Source: Thalassobaculaceae bacterium
GTDB taxonomy: Bacteria; Pseudomonadota; Alphaproteobacteria; Thalassobaculales; Thalassobaculaceae
Assembly: GCA_965228875.1 (NCBI GenBank)
Contig: OZ245843.1
Coordinates: forward strand, 1,532,616 to 1,596,615
Length of the DNA stretch: 64,000 nt
Direction of reading: 5' to 3'
The position numbers and the translations under genes were made by a program. The notes under the pieces were generated by a model that saw only the letters and a program-made list of their open reading frames with translations, searched no databases and was not told the origin of the DNA. This document shows positions 10,884 through 20,679 of the stretch, piece after piece; positions within the stretch are counted from its first letter, which is position 1, and every line of letters begins with the position of its first letter.

Positions 10884-11633
10884 ATGTTGGATCTGGCGCC
10901 GCTCCTGGTCGCCGTGGTGGCCGGTGGCGCCCTGCTCGGCGGGTTGGCGAGCGGTCTCGCCGGCTTCGCCTTCGCCGCCACCACGCTGGGCATCTACACC
11001 CATGTCGTCCCGCCGGCGCTGATCTCGCCGCTGATCGTCGGGACGTCGCTCGCGGTCCAGCTTCAGGTGATGCCGATGCTGTGGCGTCGGCTGGACTGGC
11101 GCACCGCGCTCCCGTTCGTGCTCGGCGGGATCGTCGGCGTCCCAGTCGGCGTCTTGCTGTTGAGTCGGATGTCGCCCGACGCCTTCCGTCTGTTCGCCGG
11201 TATCGTCCTGATCGTGTACGCGACGACGACCCTGGTCGCCGGCCGCCTGCCGACGATGCGGGTCGACCATCGCGGGGTCGACGCCGTCATCGGCTGGACA
11301 GGCGGCGTCCTCGGTGGCTTCGCGGGACTGTCCGGGGTCGTGCCGACGATCTGGTGTTCCATGCGCCGGTGGTCGAAGGATCGCCAGCGCAGCGTGTTCC
11401 AGCTGTTCAACACCGCCATGCACATCTCCACCCTGATCGGGTACGCCAGCGCCGGTCGGCTGTCCGTCGAGGTCGGACAGCTCATCCTTGTCGCCCTGCC
11501 CGCCGCCTGGCTCGGTGGCTGGATCGGGTTCCGCATCTACCGGAAGATCGACGACCGGGCCTTCGCCCGTGTGCTGCTGGTGCTTCTCGGCCTGTCCGGG
11601 GTGACCATGGTGGCCCCTCACCTCGTCGGCTGA
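10884..11633 (+). CDS. TauE/SafE family sulfite exporter-like membrane protein
   Basis: GLASGLAGFAF N-terminus, multiple TM helices, GGIVGVPVG and GGWIG repeats. Confidence 0.85.
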   Translation: MLDLAPLLVAVVAGGALLGGLASGLAGFAFAATTLGIYTHVVPPALISPLIVGTSLAVQLQVMPMLWRRLDWRTALPFVLGGIVGVPVGVLLLSRMSPDAFRLFAGIVLIVYATTTLVAGRLPTMRVDHRGVDAVIGWTGGVLGGFAGLSGVVPTIWCSMRRWSKDRQRSVFQLFNTAMHISTLIGYASAGRLSVEVGQLILVALPAAWLGGWIGFRIYRKIDDRAFARVLLVLLGLSGVTMVAPHLVG

Positions 11634-11854
11634 CCGGCGCCATCCGTCAAACGGCCTGCGGACCGCGAGCAGCGCCGTAACCTCGCCGCCCGGTCAGGTC
11701 GCGCCCGTCAGAGGCTGCATACGACAATCCATCATTTTGATCAAATTTTAGACGCATAATGTGAATCTTATGAATTTGTTCCCTGCCGCCGCGTCCCGCT
11801 ATGGTCCAACCTGGGGCGTACAGGGGGGAATAACCTTATCCGCGGGGAAGCAGA

Positions 11855-12403
11855 ATGCCTTTTCCCTTCAGCGACGACAGCCGGATTTCCCGTTTCTACG
11901 ACTACTGGAACAGTCTGCGCGCCGGGGGCGCCGTGCCTGGCCAGCGCGTCTTCGATCCGGCCGAGATCGGTCCGCTTCTGCCGAACATTTGGATCGCCCG
12001 TTGGGATCAGGCGGAGCGCGACTTCGTCTACCGGCTCGCTGGGGAACAGGTTCTCACCTCGCTGAACCGGCCGCTCCGCCTCAGGACGCTGCGCGACGCG
12101 TATGGCGAGGACAGCGCCGCGGTCCTGCGGGAGCGTTATCAGCAGGTCTGTGCCAAGCCGGCCATCCTTCACGCCCACGGCAACATCTACGAGGATGTCG
12201 GCCGGCACGGCGTCGGCGAACGGCTGGTCCTGCCCATGCGGGACTGCGACGGCCGGCCGACGACGGTCATCGGATGCAGCTTCTTCACCACCGGTCCGTG
12301 GCCGCGCGAAAACGGCGCAGAACCGGCTTCGTCGCGTCCCGAGATCCGGAGTTTTCTCACCCTCGACGCGGAGCCGCTGCAGCGGCTCAGAGAAGCATGT
12401 TGA
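11855..12403 (+). CDS. Stand-alone PAS-fold protein (PAS_5-like)
   Basis: YWNSLR...P....FDP.EI..LLPNIWI...FVYRLAG...ERLVLPM pattern. Confidence 0.8.
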   Translation: MPFPFSDDSRISRFYDYWNSLRAGGAVPGQRVFDPAEIGPLLPNIWIARWDQAERDFVYRLAGEQVLTSLNRPLRLRTLRDAYGEDSAAVLRERYQQVCAKPAILHAHGNIYEDVGRHGVGERLVLPMRDCDGRPTTVIGCSFFTTGPWPRENGAEPASSRPEIRSFLTLDAEPLQRLREAC

Positions 12404-12647
12404 GGTAACTGCCCGGCGGCGCGTCGGGATCGATGTTGTCGTTGGCGATGAGTTGCATCAGACGCTGGATCTGACGTTCGATCTCGGCCTCTGTCGTCGC
12501 GGTCTTGAGGCGGTATCCACGGGTCGGCGCCCGTTTCTCCGTCGCCGGTGCCGCCGGAACCGTAGCGACCCTAGCCGGAACCTCCGTCCGCGGGCGCGGA
12601 CGCGCGGGAATGCGGGGATCACCGGGTCCGGTCGGGCGCAAAGCCAT
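12387..12647 (-). CDS. Small hypothetical protein (86 aa)
   Basis: AAGGAG RBS before the ATG; lies downstream of the aminotransferase; C-terminus DPDAPPGSYLNMLL. Confidence 0.6.
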   Translation of the reverse strand: MALRPTGPGDPRIPARPRPRTEVPARVATVPAAPATEKRAPTRGYRLKTATTEAEIERQIQRLMQLIANDNIDPDAPPGSYLNMLL

Positions 12648-12700
12648 GGCGGCTCCTTCTCAGGGTCGAAGTGCCATCATAACCGATTTCGCACCACCGG

Positions 12701-13909
12701 TCAGGCGCTGCGACGCTGGTCTCCGCCCTTGCCGAGCATCGGCTCCAACCGGTCGAGCCCCTTGACCAAGGTCTCCTCGCTGGCGGCGAAACACAGGCGC
12801 AGATAGCCCTCGCCCGCCGGGCCGAACGCGCTGCCCGGCGCCAGGCCGACATTGGCCTCGTCGATGATGCGCTTGGCCATGGCCAGGCTGTCGGTCATCC
12901 CCTCGAAGGCGAAGAAGGCGTAGAACGCCGCCTTGGGACGGGCCGCCCGCACCATCGGCCAGGCCTCCAGCCGGTCGAACGCGATGTCGCGGCCGGCCAA
13001 GCACTGGGCGCGCAGGTCGCGGATCACGGAATCCCCCTCCCGGAGCGCCGTGATCGCGCCGCGCTGCAGGAACTGGGGGACACCAGAGGTGGTGATCTGC
13101 ACCAGCTTGGCGACCACCGGGGCCAGCTCCGCCGGGTGGGTCAGCCAGCCGAGGCGCCAGCCGGTCATCATCCAGGACTTGGAGAACGAGTTCACGACGA
13201 TCAGACGATCGTCGGGGCGCGCGACCTGCAGGAAGGACGGCGCGACGTCGCGGTCGAAGACCAACTGGTGATAGACCTCGTCGGCGACGACCCACACGCC
13301 GCGCTCGCGGGCGAAGTCCATCACCGCCTTCTGCTGGTCCGCTTCCATGAGCCAGCCGGTCGGGTTGCCCGGCGAGTTGATGAAGATCGCCTTGGTCTTG
13401 TCGGTCACGGCGGCGAACAGGGCGTCCAGATCGAGCTGCCAGCCGTCGTCGGTCAGACGGATCGAGACGTCGCGCACGACGCCGCCATGAACCGTCACGG
13501 TCGAGTAGATGTTCGGCCAGACCGGGCCGACGACGACGATCTCGTCGCCCTGTTCGACCAGCATGTCCATGACGAGGTACAGGCCGGACATGCCAGCCGT
13601 GACCAGGCTGACCCGGTCGTCCCCGACATCGACGCCGAAGGTCCGCTTCGTGTAGGCGGCAAGTTCGTCGCGCAGTTCCCTGATGCCGCGCTGATCGGTG
13701 TAGAAGGTCTCGCCGCGCATCAGCGCGTCGGCCGCGGATCTCGCGATGAATTCCGGCGTCGACCTGTCGCCCTCACCGAACCAGAACGGGACGAGGTCTT
13801 CCCTGCCCCAGCCGTGGAGCGCCACCTCGACGATGTCGGTTTCCTTCAGCTCGGCAACGTCGTGACGCAGATCGTCAAGAAGCGGTCGCGCGGTCGGATC
13901 AATCGGCAT
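12701..13909 (-). CDS. PLP-dependent class I/II aminotransferase
   Basis: INSPGNPTG, ADEVY and the PLP-lysine motif NSFSKSWMMTGWRLGW; AGGAG RBS. Confidence 0.93.
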   Translation of the reverse strand: MPIDPTARPLLDDLRHDVAELKETDIVEVALHGWGREDLVPFWFGEGDRSTPEFIARSAADALMRGETFYTDQRGIRELRDELAAYTKRTFGVDVGDDRVSLVTAGMSGLYLVMDMLVEQGDEIVVVGPVWPNIYSTVTVHGGVVRDVSIRLTDDGWQLDLDALFAAVTDKTKAIFINSPGNPTGWLMEADQQKAVMDFARERGVWVVADEVYHQLVFDRDVAPSFLQVARPDDRLIVVNSFSKSWMMTGWRLGWLTHPAELAPVVAKLVQITTSGVPQFLQRGAITALREGDSVIRDLRAQCLAGRDIAFDRLEAWPMVRAARPKAAFYAFFAFEGMTDSLAMAKRIIDEANVGLAPGSAFGPAGEGYLRLCFAASEETLVKGLDRLEPMLGKGGDQRRSA

Positions 13910-14003
13910 GCTGGGCTCCTTGGTCTCAGGGCGCCCCCGATACCCCATCATGTGAGATGACGATAGGGCTTTTTCCAGAACCTCGGTTGGGCTAAGCGGG
14001 ACC

Positions 14004-14630
14004 ATGACCAGCACGATCTATCTGATCCGCCACGGCGAGACCGTGTGGAACCGCAGCGGACGTCTTCAGGGCCAGCTCGACGCGCCCCTGACCCATGCAG
14101 GCCTCGAGCAGGCCCACGCCATCGGCCGCGACCTGAAGCTTCGGCTCGGGGAGGCCGATCCGGCGATGGTGGCGAGCCCCCTCGGCCGCACGCGCCAGAC
14201 CGCCTCCGTGATCGCCGAGCATCTGGGGGTCGACTTCGACACGATCGCCATGGAACCCCGGCTCATGGAGATCACGCTGGGGGAGTTCGACGGCATGGCA
14301 AGCTGGGGGGCGCTGGAGCGGGACCGCCCGGACCTGGCCGAAGCGCGGCGGCTGGATCCGTGGAACTTCCAGTATCCGGGGGGCGAGTCCAGCCAGATGG
14401 TCCAGGACAGGGTCCGCCCCGTCCTGGAAACCCTCGCGGCGACGCCGGGGATTCACGTGGTGGTGGCCCACGGCGTGGTCAGCAAGATCGTGCGCGGCCT
14501 CTACCTGAACCTGACGCCGGAGGAGACCTTCGCCCTCGACCGCCCGCAGGATGCCTACTTCCGACTGGAAGCAGGCACCGAGGCGCGGATTGAGGTGGAC
14601 GTGACGGCGACAGTGTCGGCGGCGGTGTAG
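14004..14630 (+). CDS. Histidine phosphatase (phosphoglycerate mutase-like)
   Basis: LIRHGETVWN, SPLGRTRQT, VVAHG. Confidence 0.93.
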   Translation: MTSTIYLIRHGETVWNRSGRLQGQLDAPLTHAGLEQAHAIGRDLKLRLGEADPAMVASPLGRTRQTASVIAEHLGVDFDTIAMEPRLMEITLGEFDGMASWGALERDRPDLAEARRLDPWNFQYPGGESSQMVQDRVRPVLETLAATPGIHVVVAHGVVSKIVRGLYLNLTPEETFALDRPQDAYFRLEAGTEARIEVDVTATVSAAV

Positions 14631-14639
14631 CGCACCAAC

Positions 14640-16109
14640 CTATCCCTCGCACCACTCCCGCACCAGGCGGTCGAGGGCGCGGACGCCGAAGCCGCTGGCA
14701 CCCTTGGGCGTGGTCGCCCGGTCCTTGCGCGACCAGGTGACGCCGGCGATGTCCATGTGGACCCACGGCACCTTGTTCACGAAGCGCTCCAGGAAGCAGG
14801 CGGCCGTGATCGCCCCGCCCCAGCGCGCGCCGGCGTTCTTCATGTCGGCGACGTCGCTATCCATCATCTTGTTGTAGGCATCGCCGAGCGGCATGCGCCA
14901 AACCGCTTCGCCAACGCCGTCGGCCGCCTTCTGCAAGGCGTTCGCCAGTTTGTCGTCGTTGGCGAAGTAGCCGCAGGTCTCCTCGCCGAGCGCCACCATC
15001 ATGGCGCCGGTCAGGGTCGCCAGATCGACCATGAACTCGGGCTTGTACTTGTCCTGGGTGTACCAGAGCGCGTCGGCCAGCACGAGCCGTCCCTCGGCGT
15101 CGGTGTTGATGATCTCGATCGTCTGGCCGGACATCGAGGTCACGATGTCGCCCGGGCGCTGGGCGTTGCCGTCGGGCATGTTCTCGACCAGGCCGATCAC
15201 GCCGATCACGTTCGCCTTGGCCTTGCGCTTGGCCAGTCCGCACATCAGACCGGAGACGACACCGGCACCGCCCATGTCGAACTTCATGTCCTCCATGCCG
15301 CCGGCCGGCTTGAGCGAGATGCCGCCGGTGTCGAAGCACACGCCCTTGCCGATGAACGCCACCGGTTTCTGGTCCTTCGCCCCGCCTTCCCAGCGCATGA
15401 CCACCATGCGCGATTCGCGCTCGCTGCCCTGGCCGACACCGAGCAAAGCGCCCATGCCGAGCTTGGCCATCGCCTTCTCGTCGAGCACGTCGATCTTCAG
15501 GCCAAGTTCCTTCATCCTCGCGACCCGGTCGGCGAACTCCACCGGGAAGAGGATGTTCGGCGGCTCCGACACCAGATCGCGGGTGAAGGCGACGCCTTCG
15601 GCCACCGCGGCTTCGACGTCGTAGAGCTTCTTCGCGCCGGTATGCCCCTCGACGGCGACCGTGACCTTCGCGAGCGACGGCTTGTCGTCCTTCGTCAGCT
15701 TGGTCTTGTAGAGGTCGAAGCGGTAGGACCGCAGCGTCACGCCGAGCGCCAGATGAGCGGCGATCTCGGCGCGCCTGTCCTCGGCCGCCTCGATCATCAC
15801 GGTGGCCTCCTTCTCGCCGCTGCCGGCCAGCGCCGCATAGATCGTGCCGCCGGCCGTCTCGGCGAACTTGGCGTCGATCTTCGCCGGATCGCCGACGCCG
15901 AGCAGCACCACGCGGCCCGCGGGAGTGAACACGGTGAGCGTCTGATGCGCCTTGCCGGTGAACCGGGACCCGGCGATCGCGCTCGCGATCAGGCCGTCGG
16001 TCTCATGGTCGATCTCCCTCGCCGTGGGCGACAGCGCGCCGCCTTCCATCACGGCGCAGACCACGGCGCCCTTTTTCGGACGGCCGGGCTTGGAAAACGC
16101 GATCTTCAT
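14640..16109 (-). CDS. pepA: Leucyl aminopeptidase (M17)
   Basis: GKGVCFDTGG, MKFDMGGA, NTDAEGRL, HMDIAG. Confidence 0.97.
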   Translation of the reverse strand: MKIAFSKPGRPKKGAVVCAVMEGGALSPTAREIDHETDGLIASAIAGSRFTGKAHQTLTVFTPAGRVVLLGVGDPAKIDAKFAETAGGTIYAALAGSGEKEATVMIEAAEDRRAEIAAHLALGVTLRSYRFDLYKTKLTKDDKPSLAKVTVAVEGHTGAKKLYDVEAAVAEGVAFTRDLVSEPPNILFPVEFADRVARMKELGLKIDVLDEKAMAKLGMGALLGVGQGSERESRMVVMRWEGGAKDQKPVAFIGKGVCFDTGGISLKPAGGMEDMKFDMGGAGVVSGLMCGLAKRKAKANVIGVIGLVENMPDGNAQRPGDIVTSMSGQTIEIINTDAEGRLVLADALWYTQDKYKPEFMVDLATLTGAMMVALGEETCGYFANDDKLANALQKAADGVGEAVWRMPLGDAYNKMMDSDVADMKNAGARWGGAITAACFLERFVNKVPWVHMDIAGVTWSRKDRATTPKGASGFGVRALDRLVREWCEG

Positions 16110-16249
16110 TGACTGCTCCCATGGTTGCGGGCGGACCTACTTTGGGGTAGCCGTCGACCTTGTGCGGTGTCAACGCCGCCTTCGGCAGCTATCATGCGCC
16201 GGCAAAGGGAAATTGGCGATACGGGCAGGACGGGCGAGCCGACACGCGC

Positions 16250-17359
16250 ATGCGCTTGAACCTCTATCTTATTCAGCAGATCGTCACGGCGATGGTGTTC
16301 ATCGTCGTGTCGCTCACCTGCGTCATCTGGCTGTCCCAGTCGCTGCGGTTCGTCGACCTGATCGTCAACCGCGGCCTGCCCATCCACACGTTCATCTACC
16401 TGACCGTCATGCTGATGCCGACATGGCTTTCGATCGTGCTGCCGATCGCCAGCTTCGCCAGCGTGCTGTTCGTCTACAACAAGATGACCTCGGACCGGGA
16501 GTTGGTGGTGATGGCGGCCGCCGGTCTGAGCCCGCTGCGCCTGGCACAGCCGGCGATGATCACCGCCGTCGGAACCACGCTGCTGTGCTTTCTGATGACC
16601 ACCTACCTGATGCCGATGAGCTATCGCGGCTTCAAGGAGCTGCAGTGGCAGATCCGGCACAACTTCGAGAACCTGATCCTGCGTGAAGGCGAGTTCCGCA
16701 CCCTGGGCGACGACCTCACGGTCTACGTCCGCACCCGCGAGGACGAGGGGACGCTGCTCGGCATCGTCGTGCACGACCAGCGCAACCCGGCGAAGCCGAT
16801 CACCCTGGTCGCCGAGCGCGGCGCCCTGGTCAGCACACCGAAGGGGCCGCGGGTTGTGATGGCCAACGGCAGCCGCCAGGAACACGACGTCGAGTCCGGG
16901 CGGGTGAACATCCTGTACTTCGACCGCTATACCATCGACCTCGGCGGCGACCAGCAGCAGGCCGAGCGCGACTACCGCGACGCCAACGAGCTCTTCGTGC
17001 ACGAGCTGCTGAACCCTGGCGACCGCCAGACGACGGGCAGCAACGCCAACGAGCTGATCGCCGAGGGGCACCAGCGGCTGACCAGCCCCCTGCTCGCCCT
17101 GACCCTGACGGCGATCGGCCTCGCCGTGCTTCTGTCCGGCGAGTTCTCCCGGCGCGGGCAGGCGACGCGGATCATCGTCGCGGTGGTTCTCGCCGGCGGC
17201 GCCGAGGCGGCGGGGCTCGGCGTCAAGTATCTGGCGGCGAAGTCCCCACCTCTGGTCGCGGCCATGTGGCTCGCGGTCCTCCTCCCCCTGGCGTTCGCGC
17301 TGCTGTCGATGACGCGAACCCGGCTGCGGGTCGGCGACACGCCGGCGGCGGCCGGCTGA
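16250..17359 (+). CDS. lptF: LPS export ABC permease LptF
   Basis: WLSQSLRFVDLIVNRG, SDRELVVMAAAGLS; canonical position divergent from pepA. Confidence 0.92.
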   Translation: MRLNLYLIQQIVTAMVFIVVSLTCVIWLSQSLRFVDLIVNRGLPIHTFIYLTVMLMPTWLSIVLPIASFASVLFVYNKMTSDRELVVMAAAGLSPLRLAQPAMITAVGTTLLCFLMTTYLMPMSYRGFKELQWQIRHNFENLILREGEFRTLGDDLTVYVRTREDEGTLLGIVVHDQRNPAKPITLVAERGALVSTPKGPRVVMANGSRQEHDVESGRVNILYFDRYTIDLGGDQQQAERDYRDANELFVHELLNPGDRQTTGSNANELIAEGHQRLTSPLLALTLTAIGLAVLLSGEFSRRGQATRIIVAVVLAGGAEAAGLGVKYLAAKSPPLVAAMWLAVLLPLAFALLSMTRTRLRVGDTPAAAG

Positions 17360-17364
17360 ACGGG

Positions 17365-18462
17365 ATGCGGTTCTCCTGGACACTGTCCGGCTACATCGGA
17401 CGCCAGTTCGCCGTGTGGGTGCTCGGTTCATTCGCGGCGATCATGGCGATCGTGTTCCTGCTCGACTTCATCGAGCTGCTGCGCCGCGGCGCCGGCAAGG
17501 AGAATGCCTATTTCGCCGTGCTGCTGCAGATGGCGCTGCTGAAACTGCCGCACATGGCGCAGCAGATCCTGCCCTTCGCCGTGCTGTTCGGTTCGATGCT
17601 GGCCTTCACCCGGATGACGCGGACGAACGAGCTCGTGGTGGCCCGGGCGGCCGGTGTCTCCGTCTGGCAGTTCATGATGCCGGCGGTGCTGGTGGCGCTC
17701 GGTCTCGGCGCGATCAAGGTCGCGGTGCTCAATCCGGTCTCGTCGGTGATGATCGAGCGGTTCCACGCGCTCGAGGACACGGTGCTGCGCAACCGCGCCG
17801 ACAGTTTCCTGTCGGTCGGCAGCGGCGGCCTGTGGATCCGCGAGCGCAACGACGATCGCCAGATGGTCCTCAACGCCCGCAGCGCCCATGAGCAGGAGGC
17901 GCGGCTCGGGGACGTCATGGTGCTGATGTTCGACGACCTGGACAAGTTCCAGCGCCGCATCGACGCCCGGGAGGCCCTGCTGGCCGACGGGGAGTGGACG
18001 CTGCGCGACGTCGTCGTCACGACGGCGCAGAACCGGCCGGAGCGCCTCGACGAGGTGTCGCTTCCGACCAACCTGACGGTCGACAACATCCAGGACAGCT
18101 TCGCCTCGCCCGAGACGATGTCGTTCTGGGAACTGCCGGGCTTCATCGAGGTACTGGAGAACGCCGGATTCTCCGCGATCAAGCACCGGCTCTACTGGCA
18201 TGCCGAGCTCGCCTCGCCGCTGCTGATGACCGCGATGGTCCTGATCGCCGCCACCTTCTCGCTGCGCCTGACGAGGCGGGGCAACACGCTGACCTGGGCA
18301 TCGAGCGGCCTGTTCTTCGGATTCCTGCTGTATTTCCTCTCCGATATCGTCTTCGCCCTTGGCCTGTCGGCACGCATTCCCGAAGTTCTGGCGGCCTGGA
18401 CGCCGGCGACCGTTACCATGCTGCTCGGCATGACCAGCCTCTTACACCTCGAGGACGGATGA
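17365..18462 (+). CDS. lptG: LPS export ABC permease LptG
   Basis: ELVVARAAGVSVWQF, SPETMSFWELP, C-terminal LLHLEDG. Confidence 0.93.
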   Translation: MRFSWTLSGYIGRQFAVWVLGSFAAIMAIVFLLDFIELLRRGAGKENAYFAVLLQMALLKLPHMAQQILPFAVLFGSMLAFTRMTRTNELVVARAAGVSVWQFMMPAVLVALGLGAIKVAVLNPVSSVMIERFHALEDTVLRNRADSFLSVGSGGLWIRERNDDRQMVLNARSAHEQEARLGDVMVLMFDDLDKFQRRIDAREALLADGEWTLRDVVVTTAQNRPERLDEVSLPTNLTVDNIQDSFASPETMSFWELPGFIEVLENAGFSAIKHRLYWHAELASPLLMTAMVLIAATFSLRLTRRGNTLTWASSGLFFGFLLYFLSDIVFALGLSARIPEVLAAWTPATVTMLLGMTSLLHLEDG

Positions 18463-20615
18463 CCCGCGCCCTGCTCCTTGCCGCCCTGCTGGCGGTTACG
18501 CTCGCGCTTCCTTCGCCGGCCGCCGCCCAGGGCGCGGACATTGAGGAAACGCCGGTCCTGCTGGTCGCCGACGAGGTCGTCTATGACGAGGCGCTCGGGA
18601 TCGTCACGGCCCGTGGCAACGTGGAGCTCAACCAGGGCCCCCGGTTGCTGATGGCGGACACGGTGACCTACAACCGCAAGGCCGACACCGTGGTCGCCGC
18701 CGGCAACGTCTCGCTGATGGAACCGTCGGGCGAGGTGCTGTTCAGCGACTACGCGGAGCTGAACGACAAGCTGAAGACCGGCACGATCCGAAACTTCCGA
18801 GCCCTTCTGACCGACGGATCGCGGATCGCCGCGGTGCAGGGACAACGCTACGCCGACGACCGCAAGGACCTGCAGAAGGCGGTGTTCTCTCCCTGCGACC
18901 TGTGCAAAGAGGATCCGTCGAGCCCGCCGCTCTGGCAGATCAAGGCCGTCCGGGTGATCCATGACGAGGCGGCCAAGGACATCATCTACCGCGACGCCAC
19001 GCTCGAGTTCTACGGCTTCCCGGTGGCCTACTCGCCCTACCTGCGTCACCCGGATCCGACGGTGAACCGCCGTTCCGGACTGCTGGCGCCGACCATCGGG
19101 ATTTCGGAAGAACTCGGGGTGATCTTCGGCCAGCCCTACTATCACGTCATCGACGATTCCAGCGATCTGCTGCTCGAGCCGCGGATCCATACCAGTGCCG
19201 GCGGTATCCTCTTCTCCGAGTACCGCCGCCGCCTGTCGGCCGGCGAGTTTAACCTCAAGAACACCGTCGCCTATGTGGAGCAGTCGACCGACGAGAACGA
19301 CGACAACGACGACTACGGCATCGAGGGCCATGCGGACTGGGAGGGGCGGTTCAGCCTCAACAAGACATGGCGCGCGGGCTTCGATTTCGAACAGTCGAGC
19401 CAGCGCACCTACCTGGAGCGGTACAACATCGGCGGTCCGGACATCCTGACCAGCCGGCTGTATTCGGAAGGGTTCCGCGGCCGCAACTACACCTCGGTCG
19501 CGGCCTACAAGTTCCAGGACCTGAGGGCCAGCGGCAACCCGGACGACACCCCGATCATTCTTCCGCTCGCCAGGTACCATCATGTCGGCCAACCTGGCCG
19601 GTTCGGCGGACGCACCTCGGTGGACGCCAGCGTTCTCGCCCTGGCCCGGGAGGTGGGGAATGACAGCCGCCGGGTCTCCGCGGTCACCGGGTGGGAACTG
19701 CCCTACACGTCCGATGCCGGAGAGATCTACACCCTCAACGCCCGGCTGCAGACCGATGCCTACTACGCCACCGACGCCAGCGAGAATTCGACCGGCGAGT
19801 CGGTGACCACCGGGCGGGCGTTCCCCCAGCTCGGCCTCAAATGGCAGTATCCCCTCGCCCGCCGCGGCGACAATGTGACCCACGTCATCGAGCCGATCGC
19901 CGGCGTGGTGCTCGGCCCGCGCGGCAGCAACCCCGACGAGATCCCCAACGAAGACAGCCGGTCCTTCGAGTTCGACGAGACCAACCTGTTCCGCATGAAC
20001 CGCTACGAAGGCGTGGACCGGGTCACCAGCGGCAGCCACGTCAACTACGGCCTGCGCGCGGGGGTCTATGGCGACAGCGGCGGATCGACCGAGATCGTGG
20101 TCGGCCAGAGCTACCGCTTCTTCGGCACCGGGTCGTTCGACGAGGGATCGGGGCTGGAGGAGGACCTGTCGGACATCGTCGGCGCGCTGGCCGTGCGCCC
20201 GTCCGGCCCCCTCACCTTCACCTACCGCTTCCGCCTGACCCCGGACGACGCGACGATCAACCGTAACGAGGTCGGCTTCAACTACGCGGTCCCGCGGTTC
20301 TTCGTCGGCGGCAACTACGTGACCCTCGCGGAGGGCGCGAATGCCGACCTGACGGGCGACCGCGAACAGCTCGACCTCTACGGCAGCGTGGCCGTGACCG
20401 ATCACTGGCGCGTCGGCGGCAGCCTGACCCAGGACCTGTCCCAGGATCGCAGCCGGCTGCTGCGCGGCCGCTTCGGCCTCACCTATACGGACGAATGTCT
20501 GCTGTTCGGCATCGACTTCGAACGGTCCGACATCAGCGACGAAGATATCGAGCCCGATGACCGGGTCATGTTCCGTCTCGTCCTCACGCACCTCGGCGGA
20601 CTCGAGAGCCAGTGA
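18459..20615 (+). CDS. lptD: LPS assembly protein LptD
   Basis: Signal peptide; OstA-like N-domain; FSPCDLC..PPLWQIKA, PDPTVNRRSGLLAP, YTDEC; ATGA overlap with lptG. Confidence 0.95.
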   Translation: MTRALLLAALLAVTLALPSPAAAQGADIEETPVLLVADEVVYDEALGIVTARGNVELNQGPRLLMADTVTYNRKADTVVAAGNVSLMEPSGEVLFSDYAELNDKLKTGTIRNFRALLTDGSRIAAVQGQRYADDRKDLQKAVFSPCDLCKEDPSSPPLWQIKAVRVIHDEAAKDIIYRDATLEFYGFPVAYSPYLRHPDPTVNRRSGLLAPTIGISEELGVIFGQPYYHVIDDSSDLLLEPRIHTSAGGILFSEYRRRLSAGEFNLKNTVAYVEQSTDENDDNDDYGIEGHADWEGRFSLNKTWRAGFDFEQSSQRTYLERYNIGGPDILTSRLYSEGFRGRNYTSVAAYKFQDLRASGNPDDTPIILPLARYHHVGQPGRFGGRTSVDASVLALAREVGNDSRRVSAVTGWELPYTSDAGEIYTLNARLQTDAYYATDASENSTGESVTTGRAFPQLGLKWQYPLARRGDNVTHVIEPIAGVVLGPRGSNPDEIPNEDSRSFEFDETNLFRMNRYEGVDRVTSGSHVNYGLRAGVYGDSGGSTEIVVGQSYRFFGTGSFDEGSGLEEDLSDIVGALAVRPSGPLTFTYRFRLTPDDATINRNEVGFNYAVPRFFVGGNYVTLAEGANADLTGDREQLDLYGSVAVTDHWRVGGSLTQDLSQDRSRLLRGRFGLTYTDECLLFGIDFERSDISDEDIEPDDRVMFRLVLTHLGGLESQ

Positions 20616-20679
20616 GCCGAAGCGCGCCAAGCCATTGGTGAAGCCCGCGCAAGACTGGTAGTCTGCGCCACCCTGTCGC

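Noticed and set aside
11736..11745. TTTGATCAAA palindrome as an FNR box
   Set aside because: It lacks the 4-nt spacer of TTGAT-N4-ATCAA; may be some other operator but cannot be assigned.
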